Shown piece by piece: positions 28,653 to 37,869 of a stretch of 64,000 nt of DNA (position 1 is its first letter; each line of letters begins with the position of its first letter). The DNA lies in NCBI GenBank assembly GCA_963815475.1, contig CAWFHD010000003.1, positions 4,218,566 to 4,282,565 on the forward strand. The letters run 5' to 3'. The notes under the pieces are model-generated. The model was not told the origin of the DNA. It saw only the letters and a program-made list of their open reading frames with translations, and ran no database searches. Made by a program: the position numbers and the translations under genes. The stretch is from an uncultured Solibacteraceae bacterium (lineage in GTDB: Bacteria; Acidobacteriota; Terriglobia; Bryobacterales; Bryobacteraceae).

Positions 28653-30485
28653 TTGGGGAGAATCGACGCGGCGTGCATCATTGCAGCCGTATTGTTCATC
28701 GGTTTGTTACAGGCACAGTCGACCGTGGATGTCCTGACGCACCACTTCAACAACGCCCGAACCGGGGCAAACCTGAATGAGAAGACCTTGACCGTTGCCC
28801 ATATCAACAATGCAGAATTCGGCAAGCTGGCCTATCGCATTGTCGACGGTAATATCTACGCTCAGCCTTTAATTGTCACCAACGCCAAAGACCCAAGCGG
28901 CGGCACGAGAAACATGGCGATTGTAGCCACCGAAGGCAATACCGTGTACTCCTTCGATGCGGACGACACAAATCAGAATTCTACGACTGCACAACTCTGG
29001 AAGCGGAACCTCGGGCCGTCCATCGATTACCAGACACTGTACAACGCGATCGGATCGCCGCGTTGTTCCGACCTTACACTGCAGATCGGCATCACCGGCA
29101 CACCTGCAATTACGTTGAGCGCAGCCTCTCCGCGCACAGGGGTCATTTTTGTTACGGCCAAATCGAAAACGGGACAAAAGTTCGCCTATACTCTTTATGC
29201 GCTCGATCTGTCTACGGGCAATCAGATCGGCAGCATCCCGATTGATGGGCAGGTGAGCGGCCTCGGTTTGGGTTCGACGGGATCGGGCGCGGCGGCAACG
29301 ATCGCTTTCGATCCCAAATATCAACTGAACCGTCCGGCACTCCTGCTCGCTGGAAACACCCTATACATCGCTTTCGGAGGACACTGCGACTCCGGTCCGT
29401 ATCACGGCTGGGTCTTTGCTTACGATGTCTCCAATCCGAAAACGCCGAAGAAGATCGGTGTGATTTGCACCACCCCGAATGGGAAAGGACCGCTCCAGCC
29501 GAACACGAACACATACGTCGAGGGCTTGGGAGGCATCTGGATGTCCGGCGAGGGTCCTTCCATTGACGATTCCGGCAATGTCTTCCTCGCGACCGGAAAT
29601 GGCACCTACAACGGCGCCACGGACTTCGGCGATACCGTTCTGAAAATGAAAGTCGATGGCGGCAAACTGCAGATCGTCGATTGGTTCACACCCGCGAACC
29701 AGAATCTACTCAAGACCAAAGATTACGATTTGGGCTCCGGCGGGGTTGCCCTGATTCCGAACTCTCATCTCGCGCTCGCTGGCGGGAAGGAAGGTCGCAT
29801 GTACCTGATCGATCGCGACAATCTAGGCAAAGGCGCGACGCCGTCGCTCCATTCCTTTCAGGTGACGCCGAATCCCGTCCCCACCAACCAAATCGGATAC
29901 AACATTCATGGCGCTCCAGTGGTTTGGCCGCGAAACGGCGAAATGTTCGTCTATGTCATGGGAGAAGAGGATCACCTCAAGCAGTACCGCTTGATCCCCG
30001 ATACGGTTCCCGGGGGAAATGGATGGAAGTTCGAATCGGACACTCCCTTCAAGATCAGTCCCGAGATTGCGCCGTACCCGGGCTATCCCGCCCCACCGGT
30101 GTATTCGCCTACCCGCGCCGATTCCACCTGGATGCCGGGGGGCTTCTTGGCGCTTTCCGCCGATGGTGGGGCCGATGGCACGGGAGTGTTGTGGGTAAAC
30201 ATGCCCTTCGATGCCAATGCCAATCGCCAGGTGGTCCGGGGTGTCCTGCGCGCATTCGACGCATCCAACGTCTCGAAAGGCGAGCTTTGGGACAGCCAGA
30301 ATACCGGTCGCCCAAACGACTCACTGGGACAGTTCGCGAAATATGTCCCGCCTACTGTGGCCAATGGAAAGGTGTTCGTCCCGGCGTTCCAGCAGGAAAC
30401 AGTACTCCCGAACGGCGTCCATGTTAAGCCCGCGGTGGGAGATCAGCCGGCGCTCGTCATCTATGGGCTGCTAAACCACCAATAA
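28653..30485 (+). CDS. Secreted PQQ-like beta-propeller repeat protein
   Basis: TTG start 6 nt after AGGAGG. Signal-like N-terminus. LTHHFNNARTGANLNEKTLT...GNIYAQPLIV...EGNTVYSFDADD is typical of this family as I recall it. Confidence 0.65.
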   Translation: MGRIDAACIIAAVLFIGLLQAQSTVDVLTHHFNNARTGANLNEKTLTVAHINNAEFGKLAYRIVDGNIYAQPLIVTNAKDPSGGTRNMAIVATEGNTVYSFDADDTNQNSTTAQLWKRNLGPSIDYQTLYNAIGSPRCSDLTLQIGITGTPAITLSAASPRTGVIFVTAKSKTGQKFAYTLYALDLSTGNQIGSIPIDGQVSGLGLGSTGSGAAATIAFDPKYQLNRPALLLAGNTLYIAFGGHCDSGPYHGWVFAYDVSNPKTPKKIGVICTTPNGKGPLQPNTNTYVEGLGGIWMSGEGPSIDDSGNVFLATGNGTYNGATDFGDTVLKMKVDGGKLQIVDWFTPANQNLLKTKDYDLGSGGVALIPNSHLALAGGKEGRMYLIDRDNLGKGATPSLHSFQVTPNPVPTNQIGYNIHGAPVVWPRNGEMFVYVMGEEDHLKQYRLIPDTVPGGNGWKFESDTPFKISPEIAPYPGYPAPPVYSPTRADSTWMPGGFLALSADGGADGTGVLWVNMPFDANANRQVVRGVLRAFDASNVSKGELWDSQNTGRPNDSLGQFAKYVPPTVANGKVFVPAFQQETVLPNGVHVKPAVGDQPALVIYGLLNHQ

Positions 30486-30584
30486 CACCCGTGATGTTGA
30501 GGGCTCGCACAGGCAAAGACTCGGCCCCGGCCCGCAAGCGGGATTCGCGTCCAATGGGGCCGGCCCACTACCCGCGCTGCTGTC

Positions 30585-30619
30585 GTTCATTCCGATACGC
30601 CGGTGACTTCGGAATGAAC
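30585..30619. promoter_or_regulatory. Perfect 11-bp inverted repeat immediately upstream of an ADOP permease gene
   Basis: GTTCATTCCGA-N13-TCGGAATGAAC, ending 14 nt before ATG 30634. Confidence 0.5.
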
Positions 30620-30633
30620 TAAGATGACAGACG

Positions 30634-33096
30634 ATGCGCGGCCTTTCTTCCGACATCCGTTACGCTCTTCGGATGCTCAGACGCGGAGGCATTTCCGCAG
30701 TCGTCGCGATGCTGAGCCTGGCTGTCGGTGTCGGCCCCAACGCAGTGATCTTCAGTGTGGGCAACGCGATGCTTGTTCATCCGTTGCCTTACCCCGACGC
30801 GGATCGCCTGGTCACGCTTCGGCCGATGAATCCTTCGCACGGTGTGTTTTGGACCACCGTTGCGCCGGCGAACCTGCTCGACTGGCAAGCTCAGGCCAAG
30901 TCTTTCGAGGCCATTGCCGGCTATCGGTGGCATACCGTCGACCTGACTGGAGGCAATCGAAGCGAGCGACTCCGCGGGCTCCGCGTCACGCCTGAGTTCT
31001 TCAAAGTTCTCGGCGTACGTTTACTGGGCGGAACGTTCAGTCCGGATGCTCCGCAGCGGGAGGGGCCGGAGATCATTATCGGCCGCGGCCTGTGGCAGCG
31101 TCGCTTCGGATCGGACGTGAAACTCCTCGGTAAGGTTCTCGACCTCAACATTATCAATCTGAAACGCGTCGGACCCACGCCGTCTTTCGTCGTCGGCATC
31201 GCTTTGGTCGACGCGCATTTTCCGCCTCTCAGCGCGGATTTCGATTTAGGCGTCGCGGGTGTCGGTGAAGCGACGGATTTCTGGGTTCGCGAGCCCATCG
31301 ACCCATTAAAACGGGATATCGGCGATCTCGACGCGATTGCCCGACTGCGTGCCGGCGTCTCCATCGGGCAAGCCCAGGCGGAGATGGATGCCATTTCCCG
31401 CAATCTTGCAGCGGCCCATCCCGAAACCAACAGCGGGCTCAGCGTTCGGGTTGTCCCTCTGCGCGACCAGGTGTTGGGCGGATCGCGCCGGGCATTGATT
31501 TTGCTGTTCGCCTGCACCGGGTTTGTGCTCCTGGTCGCATGCGGAAATGTCGCGAACCTGTTGCTGGCTCGCGCAGCGGCGCGCCACAAAGAAGTGGCCA
31601 TACGGGCGGCGCTCGGGGCCGCGAGATTTCGAATCCTGCGTCACTTTCTGACTGAGTCCGCACTGATCGCATTGCCGGCCGGCGCGCTCGGAATCGGGCT
31701 GGCGTACGGCAGTCTCATTCTGTTGCGTCCCCTGATTCCTGCGGCCGTTCCGCTGGCGCAGGGGGCGACAGTGGATCGCACAGTTCTCCTGTTCACGTTG
31801 CTGGTTGCCTTACTGACAGCAATGATCGCGGGCATCATCCCGGCATTCCGCGTATCGTCTGCAAATCCGGGCGATGTGATGAAGCTCGAAGGGCGAAGCC
31901 TCACGGGCGGCCACGGCCGGCAACGCCTCGTCGCCATTCTCGTGGCTTCGGAAGTGGCAATCACGCTCATGCTTTTGATCGCTACGGGCCTGATGGTCAG
32001 GAGTGCGAATCGGCTGTGGCGCATCGATCCGGGCTTCGATACCCGGAACCTGTTGACCATGACGATCTCGCTTCCCAATAACAAATTCGAATGGAGGCAC
32101 AACGTCGAGTTTTCACGCCAGGTGATCCATTCGATCGAAGCGATGCCCGAAGTTCGCGCCGCCGCGGTCATCCAGGGCGTGCCGATGCGAGTGGGAAGTT
32201 TCTTTGGCTCGTTTAGCATTGAAGGAAGGCCGGAAACGCCGGTAAATCAGCCTTCCGCGCGACTCCGCGTTATCAGCCCAGGATACTTCCGTTTGATGAA
32301 AATCCCCATCCTCTCCGGACGCGTGTATGACGAGCACGATGAAGTGGGCGCAGTGGGAAGCTTGAAATCCGTAGTCGTGAATCGCACTCTGGCGGAGCGC
32401 ATTTGGCCGGGGCAGGACGCGATTGGCAAGAAGGTGCTTATGTCATGGAGGAAGACCCCATCGGAGGTCATCGGTGTGGTGGGCGACGTGCGATACACCG
32501 GGCTCGATGCGGAACCCGGAAATGAGTTTTACCTTCCCGAAGGCCTATATCCACAAGCCGCGATTACGCTGCTGGTGCGTGCAGATCGTGACCCCTTGCC
32601 CCTCTATTCCGCCATGCACAGAAGAATTGCGGATATCGACAAGGACGCTTTTGTCTCCGATGTGAAACCGATGTTGCAACTCATTACTGAGTCGTTGGCG
32701 CCACGACGGTTCTCCACCATCCTGTTATCCACATTCGCGATGGTCGCTCTCCTCCTTTCGCTTGCGGGGATTTACGCCGTGATCGCCCACTCGGTGGCAC
32801 AGCGCACGTTCGAAATCGGCATCCGCATCGCGATGGGAGCTTCACCGGCTCGCGTTACCGGCTTGATGCTTCGATACGGACTGTTCCCGGCAATCTGTGG
32901 AATGGCGGCCGGTTGGTCGGGAGCACTCGCGATTTCGCGAGTTCTTTCGGCAATGCTGTTCGATGTCGGACCGCTCGATCTTCCAACGTGGCTCGTCGTT
33001 TCTGGCGGCATGCTTGCTGTGGCCTGTATCGCGAGTTACCTGCCTGCGCGCCGCGCCTGCCGAGTCGATCCGGTCGCCGCGCTTCGAGCCGAGTAG
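30634..33096 (+). CDS. MacB-like ABC transporter permease, ADOP type
   Basis: MRGLSSDIRYALRMLRRGGISAVVAMLSLAVGVGPNAVIFSV; 820 aa; duplicated FtsX architecture. Confidence 0.85.
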   Translation: MRGLSSDIRYALRMLRRGGISAVVAMLSLAVGVGPNAVIFSVGNAMLVHPLPYPDADRLVTLRPMNPSHGVFWTTVAPANLLDWQAQAKSFEAIAGYRWHTVDLTGGNRSERLRGLRVTPEFFKVLGVRLLGGTFSPDAPQREGPEIIIGRGLWQRRFGSDVKLLGKVLDLNIINLKRVGPTPSFVVGIALVDAHFPPLSADFDLGVAGVGEATDFWVREPIDPLKRDIGDLDAIARLRAGVSIGQAQAEMDAISRNLAAAHPETNSGLSVRVVPLRDQVLGGSRRALILLFACTGFVLLVACGNVANLLLARAAARHKEVAIRAALGAARFRILRHFLTESALIALPAGALGIGLAYGSLILLRPLIPAAVPLAQGATVDRTVLLFTLLVALLTAMIAGIIPAFRVSSANPGDVMKLEGRSLTGGHGRQRLVAILVASEVAITLMLLIATGLMVRSANRLWRIDPGFDTRNLLTMTISLPNNKFEWRHNVEFSRQVIHSIEAMPEVRAAAVIQGVPMRVGSFFGSFSIEGRPETPVNQPSARLRVISPGYFRLMKIPILSGRVYDEHDEVGAVGSLKSVVVNRTLAERIWPGQDAIGKKVLMSWRKTPSEVIGVVGDVRYTGLDAEPGNEFYLPEGLYPQAAITLLVRADRDPLPLYSAMHRRIADIDKDAFVSDVKPMLQLITESLAPRRFSTILLSTFAMVALLLSLAGIYAVIAHSVAQRTFEIGIRIAMGASPARVTGLMLRYGLFPAICGMAAGWSGALAISRVLSAMLFDVGPLDLPTWLVVSGGMLAVACIASYLPARRACRVDPVAALRAE

Positions 33097-33154
33097 AGTG
33101 TGCGTCCACGCGGAGAATCCGGGCGGTTAATTCTAAGATGATAAACTCCATTCT

Positions 33155-33667
33155 GTGAGCGGGACAAAATTGCTATTGTTGGGATCACTATTTCTCTGTT
33201 CTGAAATGGCGTTCGCACAGCCGGTCGAGAAAGACCCTGTGGCCGTTGTCGAACTCGGCGGAGCCGCCAGCCGGAGTCTGAAGGACGGCGGAATGAGCTT
33301 TGGCGTGGACGCCGCAGTTGAAGTCACGCCCATAGAGAACTGGTTGGAACTGGAAGCAGGAGTCACTCCATTATTCAGCCGCCATCATTCCACGCAATGG
33401 AATACCGACCTGCTTTTTAAAAAGCCATGGACGCTTTCCAAGAAGGCGGAGATAATGGCCGGCGTTGGCCCGGAGTGGGTTCATACCAGGGAGCCCGGCA
33501 TGAAAACGAACTCAATCGCGGCCGAAGCCGTGCTGGATTTCATGTTCTGGCCGGGCGGAAAGCACAGATTCGGCTGGTTCGTAGAACCGGCCTACGATTA
33601 CAGTTTCGCGCGAGGCCATGAACAATCCTTCGGCATAACCGGCGGTCTGCTCATCGCAATCCGCTGA
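33155..33667 (+). CDS. Small secreted hypothetical protein, possibly a beta-barrel outer-membrane protein
   Basis: GTG start. Signal peptide KLLLLGSLFLCSEMAFAQ. Alternating hydrophobic pattern. No family recognised. Confidence 0.5.
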   Translation: MSGTKLLLLGSLFLCSEMAFAQPVEKDPVAVVELGGAASRSLKDGGMSFGVDAAVEVTPIENWLELEAGVTPLFSRHHSTQWNTDLLFKKPWTLSKKAEIMAGVGPEWVHTREPGMKTNSIAAEAVLDFMFWPGGKHRFGWFVEPAYDYSFARGHEQSFGITGGLLIAIR

Positions 33668-33790
33668 ACACTGGGTGAACAGGGCAAATACAACCTCGGC
33701 CCATCCCATTCAGGAACGGCACGAAGATTGACTTGACCAAGTGATCGGTCGATCGTCCAACCGCCACATATGCACCGCTTCTCCAGGAGG

Positions 33791-34651
33791 CTAATTTTCA
33801 GAAGGTTTCTCGGCGTGGTCGATGCGGAGGAATTGGACCTGGGATTTTGCCGTTTCGAGTCTTAAGCCGATGCCCCTCAGTGCCGTAAAAAGGTCGGGCA
33901 GATCGCTTTGCGCTTCCGCCGATCGTGCGAAACGTCCCTTGAATTGACTGTCATCGGGCCGCCAGGCCAGTTCGAAATCGTAGGTTCCGTTGAGACCCGT
34001 TTTGTCGGCGACCGGTCGAGACAGAACCGTACTTTCCAGATATCTTGCGAACCAGGCCATCGATGTATCCCGACAAACGTAGTGCAAGCTCCCCGTCTCT
34101 CGTATGCCTGATGGCTCGCCGCCATCGCCGGGCTTACGCTCTCGCATCTTGGGACTGGTCTTTCCGGCCGTCAGCACGTACGTGGAAGCTTCCTTCGATT
34201 CGGAGTGGAACGTTAGTCGGAATCTTTCCGCAAGAAGAGTCTTCAGCATTTCCAGACGCTGTTGCTGAGATGCCTTTCCCTCAGCCTTAGCCTCGACATC
34301 GTAACGGGTGTCATCGACCCAACCGGGTCCGCCGCTAACCAGGTCCGAGGATAGAGTGTATGCCAAGCGAATCAACTCCTTGAGGGACATACCCTGGAGG
34401 CTGACGGTATTGCCGGAACTGGGCGCAAATGCTCTCGAACCGCCGAATTCAAAGGGCGTCAGCTTGATAGACGCCACCTCAAACGCAAGCGGTTTTGCGG
34501 GTTGTGCAGTGGCGCCGGGTGGATGCAACGGATCCCGCGCAAGGTCTGCCGCCACAATCGGCGCGATTCCAACGGCTAATAGAGCAAGCTTAATGGCAGT
34601 ACCTTGAAGCGAGATGCGGAAAGGTCTCACCCCTTGAACTCCGGAAGTCAT
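33791..34651 (-). CDS. TIGR03435-like (Solibacter-type) conserved secreted protein
   Basis: FEVASIK...LKELIRLAY...GGPGWVDDTRYDVEAKA...KTLLAERFRL...DKTGLNGTYDFEL...LFTAL...LRLE...LRIDHAEKPSEN matches the family pattern from memory. ATG 34651 is preferred over TTG 34744. Confidence 0.75.
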   Translation of the reverse strand: MTSGVQGVRPFRISLQGTAIKLALLAVGIAPIVAADLARDPLHPPGATAQPAKPLAFEVASIKLTPFEFGGSRAFAPSSGNTVSLQGMSLKELIRLAYTLSSDLVSGGPGWVDDTRYDVEAKAEGKASQQQRLEMLKTLLAERFRLTFHSESKEASTYVLTAGKTSPKMRERKPGDGGEPSGIRETGSLHYVCRDTSMAWFARYLESTVLSRPVADKTGLNGTYDFELAWRPDDSQFKGRFARSAEAQSDLPDLFTALRGIGLRLETAKSQVQFLRIDHAEKPSEN

Positions 34652-34878
34652 ACGGCAGGGATTCGACGTTAGACTGGGATCATCGGTTAGCCGGATTCTG
34701 AACGGGCTGATTGCGGTAGCGGTAAGACGCTTCCGGCACCGCAATCATTCTCAGTATATATTTACCAGGTACCACGTCCGGCTCCCTGGGAACTCGTTTT
34801 TGGTCAGTTCATCACAAGTGCGGCAAGACAGATCGTATGTCTCGGGAGCCGAGGTCCTGACGAGATCCAACTGAGTGA

Positions 34879-35112
34879 GTTATTTCGATTCTCCACGGCC
34901 GCACTTCCGCGGACGTCTGGCCGCTAGGTCCGAATTGTAAGATCGCCGATTTTCTGGTCGATACCCAGCCTCGTCCACGCATCACACAGTTCGCTTACAA
35001 CTACGCGAACCTGCTCAATTCTCTGCACCACACCTACAATGGGCATCCGGAGCGACTCGACACCGCGATCGGTCTGATGTACGGCCTGCGCGTTCTCGCG
35101 GCAGCACTCTGA
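34879..35112 (+). pseudogene. Possible 3' remnant of a degraded gene (no usable start codon)
   Basis: An open frame reads ...KIADFLVDTQPRPRITQFAYNYANLLNSLHHTYNGHPERLDTAIGLMYGLRVLAAAL*. The composition is protein-like, but there is no ATG/GTG/TTG at the 5' end. It lies in an otherwise unassigned 620-bp gap. Confidence 0.25.
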
Positions 35113-35273
35113 CGCCCGACCCTGCCACCCCTCTCTCAATGTGGTCCCAGCTTCGAATACGTGCAGGTGCAGGGCGGAATGTAAGCGGGCAGGTTGGCAA
35201 TTCTGGCAGGTCACGCAAGGCGAGACCTTGATAACATTGTGGGAAAACAAGTGCTGATAGGGAGGGACACAGA

Positions 35274-36128
35274 ATGCATCGTTTTAAGGTAGAATCGCTG
35301 CTCCTCTGCGCCGGCACTCTCGCCGCCCAGGTTGCGCCTACGCCTGCCACGATTGCTCATCCGTACACGATGCTTTACGTCTTCGGCGACAGTTACTCCG
35401 ATTCCGGTGCAGGCTATGTGGATGGCAACGGCCCCACCGCTGTTGTGTATCTTGCCCAACGCCTGGGTATTCCGTTCACTTATAACGGCGATCCAGGCAG
35501 CACCGGCAAAGGCCTGAACTTCGCGGTAAGCGCAGCCTCAACCGGCGAGGGCGCTGGACGCCCGCTACCCACCGGCGGGAAACTCGCCTTCGGGATGAGG
35601 AATCAGATCGAAAGCTTCACGCAGTATCTCAAGAGCGGGGCAATCCCGAGGATCGATCCAGCGAAAACGATGTTCTTTTTCGCCGGGGGACTCAACGATG
35701 GCGGCCGCCCTGACGGCTTCGTCCGCACTAACATCGAATCCGAGATCGACACGCTCTACGACCTGGGCGCACGCCGCTTCATGATCGCAATTCTCCCCAC
35801 CAAGATCCCTCAATTCGCCGCTGCCGGTAAGCGAGTGAATCCCGAGCTGGAGAAGATTCCCGCTGAGGTGCAAGCAAAGCACTCGGACATCCGAATCGCA
35901 ATGTCGCAATGGGGATCGTTCTTCGACGAGGTCATCGCCAATCCTGCGAAATACGGCTTAACGGACACCACCACGCGCTGTGCCGACCGCCCGTTTGGCC
36001 CACAGCAGATAGCAACTTGCTCCAACCCGGACGTTCACTTCTTCTACCACGATGGGCACCCCTCCACTGCCGCTCACCGCGCTGTCGGGGATATGCTCTA
36101 TCGCGAAGCGATCTCCAAAGCTCCATAG
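35274..36128 (+). CDS. Secreted SGNH/GDSL-family lipase or esterase
   Basis: Block I YVFGDSYSDSG. Block V context FYHDGHPSTAAH. N-terminal signal-like segment. Confidence 0.8.
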   Translation: MHRFKVESLLLCAGTLAAQVAPTPATIAHPYTMLYVFGDSYSDSGAGYVDGNGPTAVVYLAQRLGIPFTYNGDPGSTGKGLNFAVSAASTGEGAGRPLPTGGKLAFGMRNQIESFTQYLKSGAIPRIDPAKTMFFFAGGLNDGGRPDGFVRTNIESEIDTLYDLGARRFMIAILPTKIPQFAAAGKRVNPELEKIPAEVQAKHSDIRIAMSQWGSFFDEVIANPAKYGLTDTTTRCADRPFGPQQIATCSNPDVHFFYHDGHPSTAAHRAVGDMLYREAISKAP

Positions 36129-36264
36129 TGTCTCACGTACCGGCACGCGGCTCAGAACCTTCATGAAAAATTCGATGCTCTTGGTGGGGTAGGCGCTTCC
36201 GCCTCTCAATCCGAACGAAGCTCGGGCCGTTTTTCGACGCTGTCCTGGCTGAATTCCACGGCGC

Positions 36265-37329
36265 CTACTGTTTCGGCTTCATCGAGATAGATCCGATCAG
36301 CCGTGTGTCCTTGGTGACGCAACTCATCTGCAGGTTGTATTGGTTGGGCGTCTGAGTGTGATAGCTCTTGTAGGCCGCCTGGTGGATATCGCCGGTGTTG
36401 CCGGTGTCGATCCGCGCCCGTAGCCCACGCTTCTCCAGGCCTTCCTTGATGGCATCGGAATCCCAGGGCTGGATGCCAAACGAGATGTGATCGATGCGGA
36501 TGTTGCGTGGCCGCCCCTTCCCATTGGCCGGAGGCTTGCCGAAATTCGGATCGTTGGGATTGCCGCCGCGGATGAGGGCGTCTCCGACGTCGCCCATCAG
36601 CACCTCGTTCTGGCTGCCTTCGTCGTAGGTATCCTTCCAGCCGAGCAGGTTGGTGTAGTAGGACACGCTCGCCTTATAGTTGGTCGCGCCGAAGGAAAAG
36701 TGATCCAGCCATATCGTCTGCCAATTCGTCGCCTCGAACGGTAGTTCCACTTCAAGCTTGGCGGTCGGCGGAGTCTTGCGCGCCTTCACCAGGCCGTTAC
36801 TGTTCCCGATCTGCACATCGAACCCGTCCGGATCCTTCACATGAAAGCTCTCGAACCCCTTTCCGTTGTTGTCGGCTACCGGATTGAGATCGCGCTTGCG
36901 GAGTTCCGCCTCCACGGTCTTGGCGTTCCACGGCTCGACGGCGAAGCCAAAACCGTCCACCAGCGCCGATGTCTGTTCCGGCGGCCCCGCCTTGAAGATC
37001 GCCGAGCCCCAGTCGCCGATGTCGAGGACCGCCTGTTTGCCGTCGTCGCTGCGCAGCTTCCAACCCATCAGGGCGATGTAGAACGCCGCTTCTTTGCGGT
37101 AGTCCGGTACCTGAAACGAGATGTGTTCCAGAGCGACGGTCTTCCAGCCGGTGGGCGCGAAGAGCGGCTTGATCGGACCGGTTGCCACCTCCTTCGTCAT
37201 CGGGCAGTTCGTCGTGTTGTAGCCATTTTGGCAACGGCCCTGCCCAAACAGGGGCACGGCGAAGGAGGCGCCAGCAGCCGAGGCTCCCAAGGTGTGCAGC
37301 AGATCGCGGCGGGTTCGCAGATTTGGCAT
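36265..37329 (-). CDS. VOC (glyoxalase/bleomycin-resistance/dioxygenase) superfamily protein with Tat signal
   Basis: RTRRDLLHTLGASAAGASFA twin-arginine motif. Repeated VOC modules (LEHISFQVPDY..., LDHFSFGATNY..., IDHISFGIQPW...). Confidence 0.75.
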   Translation of the reverse strand: MPNLRTRRDLLHTLGASAAGASFAVPLFGQGRCQNGYNTTNCPMTKEVATGPIKPLFAPTGWKTVALEHISFQVPDYRKEAAFYIALMGWKLRSDDGKQAVLDIGDWGSAIFKAGPPEQTSALVDGFGFAVEPWNAKTVEAELRKRDLNPVADNNGKGFESFHVKDPDGFDVQIGNSNGLVKARKTPPTAKLEVELPFEATNWQTIWLDHFSFGATNYKASVSYYTNLLGWKDTYDEGSQNEVLMGDVGDALIRGGNPNDPNFGKPPANGKGRPRNIRIDHISFGIQPWDSDAIKEGLEKRGLRARIDTGNTGDIHQAAYKSYHTQTPNQYNLQMSCVTKDTRLIGSISMKPKQ

Positions 37330-37456
37330 ATGGCAAAAGATTATATCCTAGCCGGCCATTCGGAACGAGTTTTTCGAGTTGTTGAGACGTCTGCCGGTTC
37401 CGGCCGGATCGGTCCGAAATCCAAGGGGCGGTCCGGCCAACCGCCGGAACGGCAGC

Positions 37457-37482
37457 GAGTATACTTCTGAGACGTATAACTC
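37457..37482. promoter_or_regulatory. Imperfect inverted repeat upstream of padR-like gene (operator candidate)
   Basis: GAGTATAC-N9-GTATAACTC, ending about 35 nt upstream of the PadR start. Confidence 0.35.
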
Positions 37483-37515
37483 CATTTGACGCTCTAATGG
37501 TTGATGTGGTATTTG

Positions 37516-37869
37516 ATGGAAGTGGCTAAGACGGTCCCTTCCAAGACCGACGTCCTGCAGGGCACGCTCGATCTCATGGTGCTCCGGACCATCGAGTCCC
37601 TCGGCCCCCTCCACGGCTACGCCATATCCGCCCGCATCGAACAGGTTTCCAGCGGCGCGCTGCAGCTCAACATGGGCACCCTATATCCGGCGCTGATGCG
37701 GCTGGAGCAGCGCGGCCTCATCCGGGGAAGTTGGGGCGCCACCGACTCCAATCGCAAAGCGCGCTTCTACGAACTCACGCGAGCCGGCCGGCTCCAGCTC
37801 GCAAAAGAAAAACAAGCATGGGAGCGAATGGCGGGGATTATTAACACGCTCCTGCAGACGGAGGGCTGA
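37516..37869 (+). CDS. PadR-family transcriptional regulator (acidobacterial type)
   Basis: LQGTLDLMVLRTIESLGPLHGYAISARIE...GTLYPALMRLEQRGLI...RKARFYELT. The start could also be 37504. The stop overlaps the next ATG (TGATG). Confidence 0.85.
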   Translation: MEVAKTVPSKTDVLQGTLDLMVLRTIESLGPLHGYAISARIEQVSSGALQLNMGTLYPALMRLEQRGLIRGSWGATDSNRKARFYELTRAGRLQLAKEKQAWERMAGIINTLLQTEG

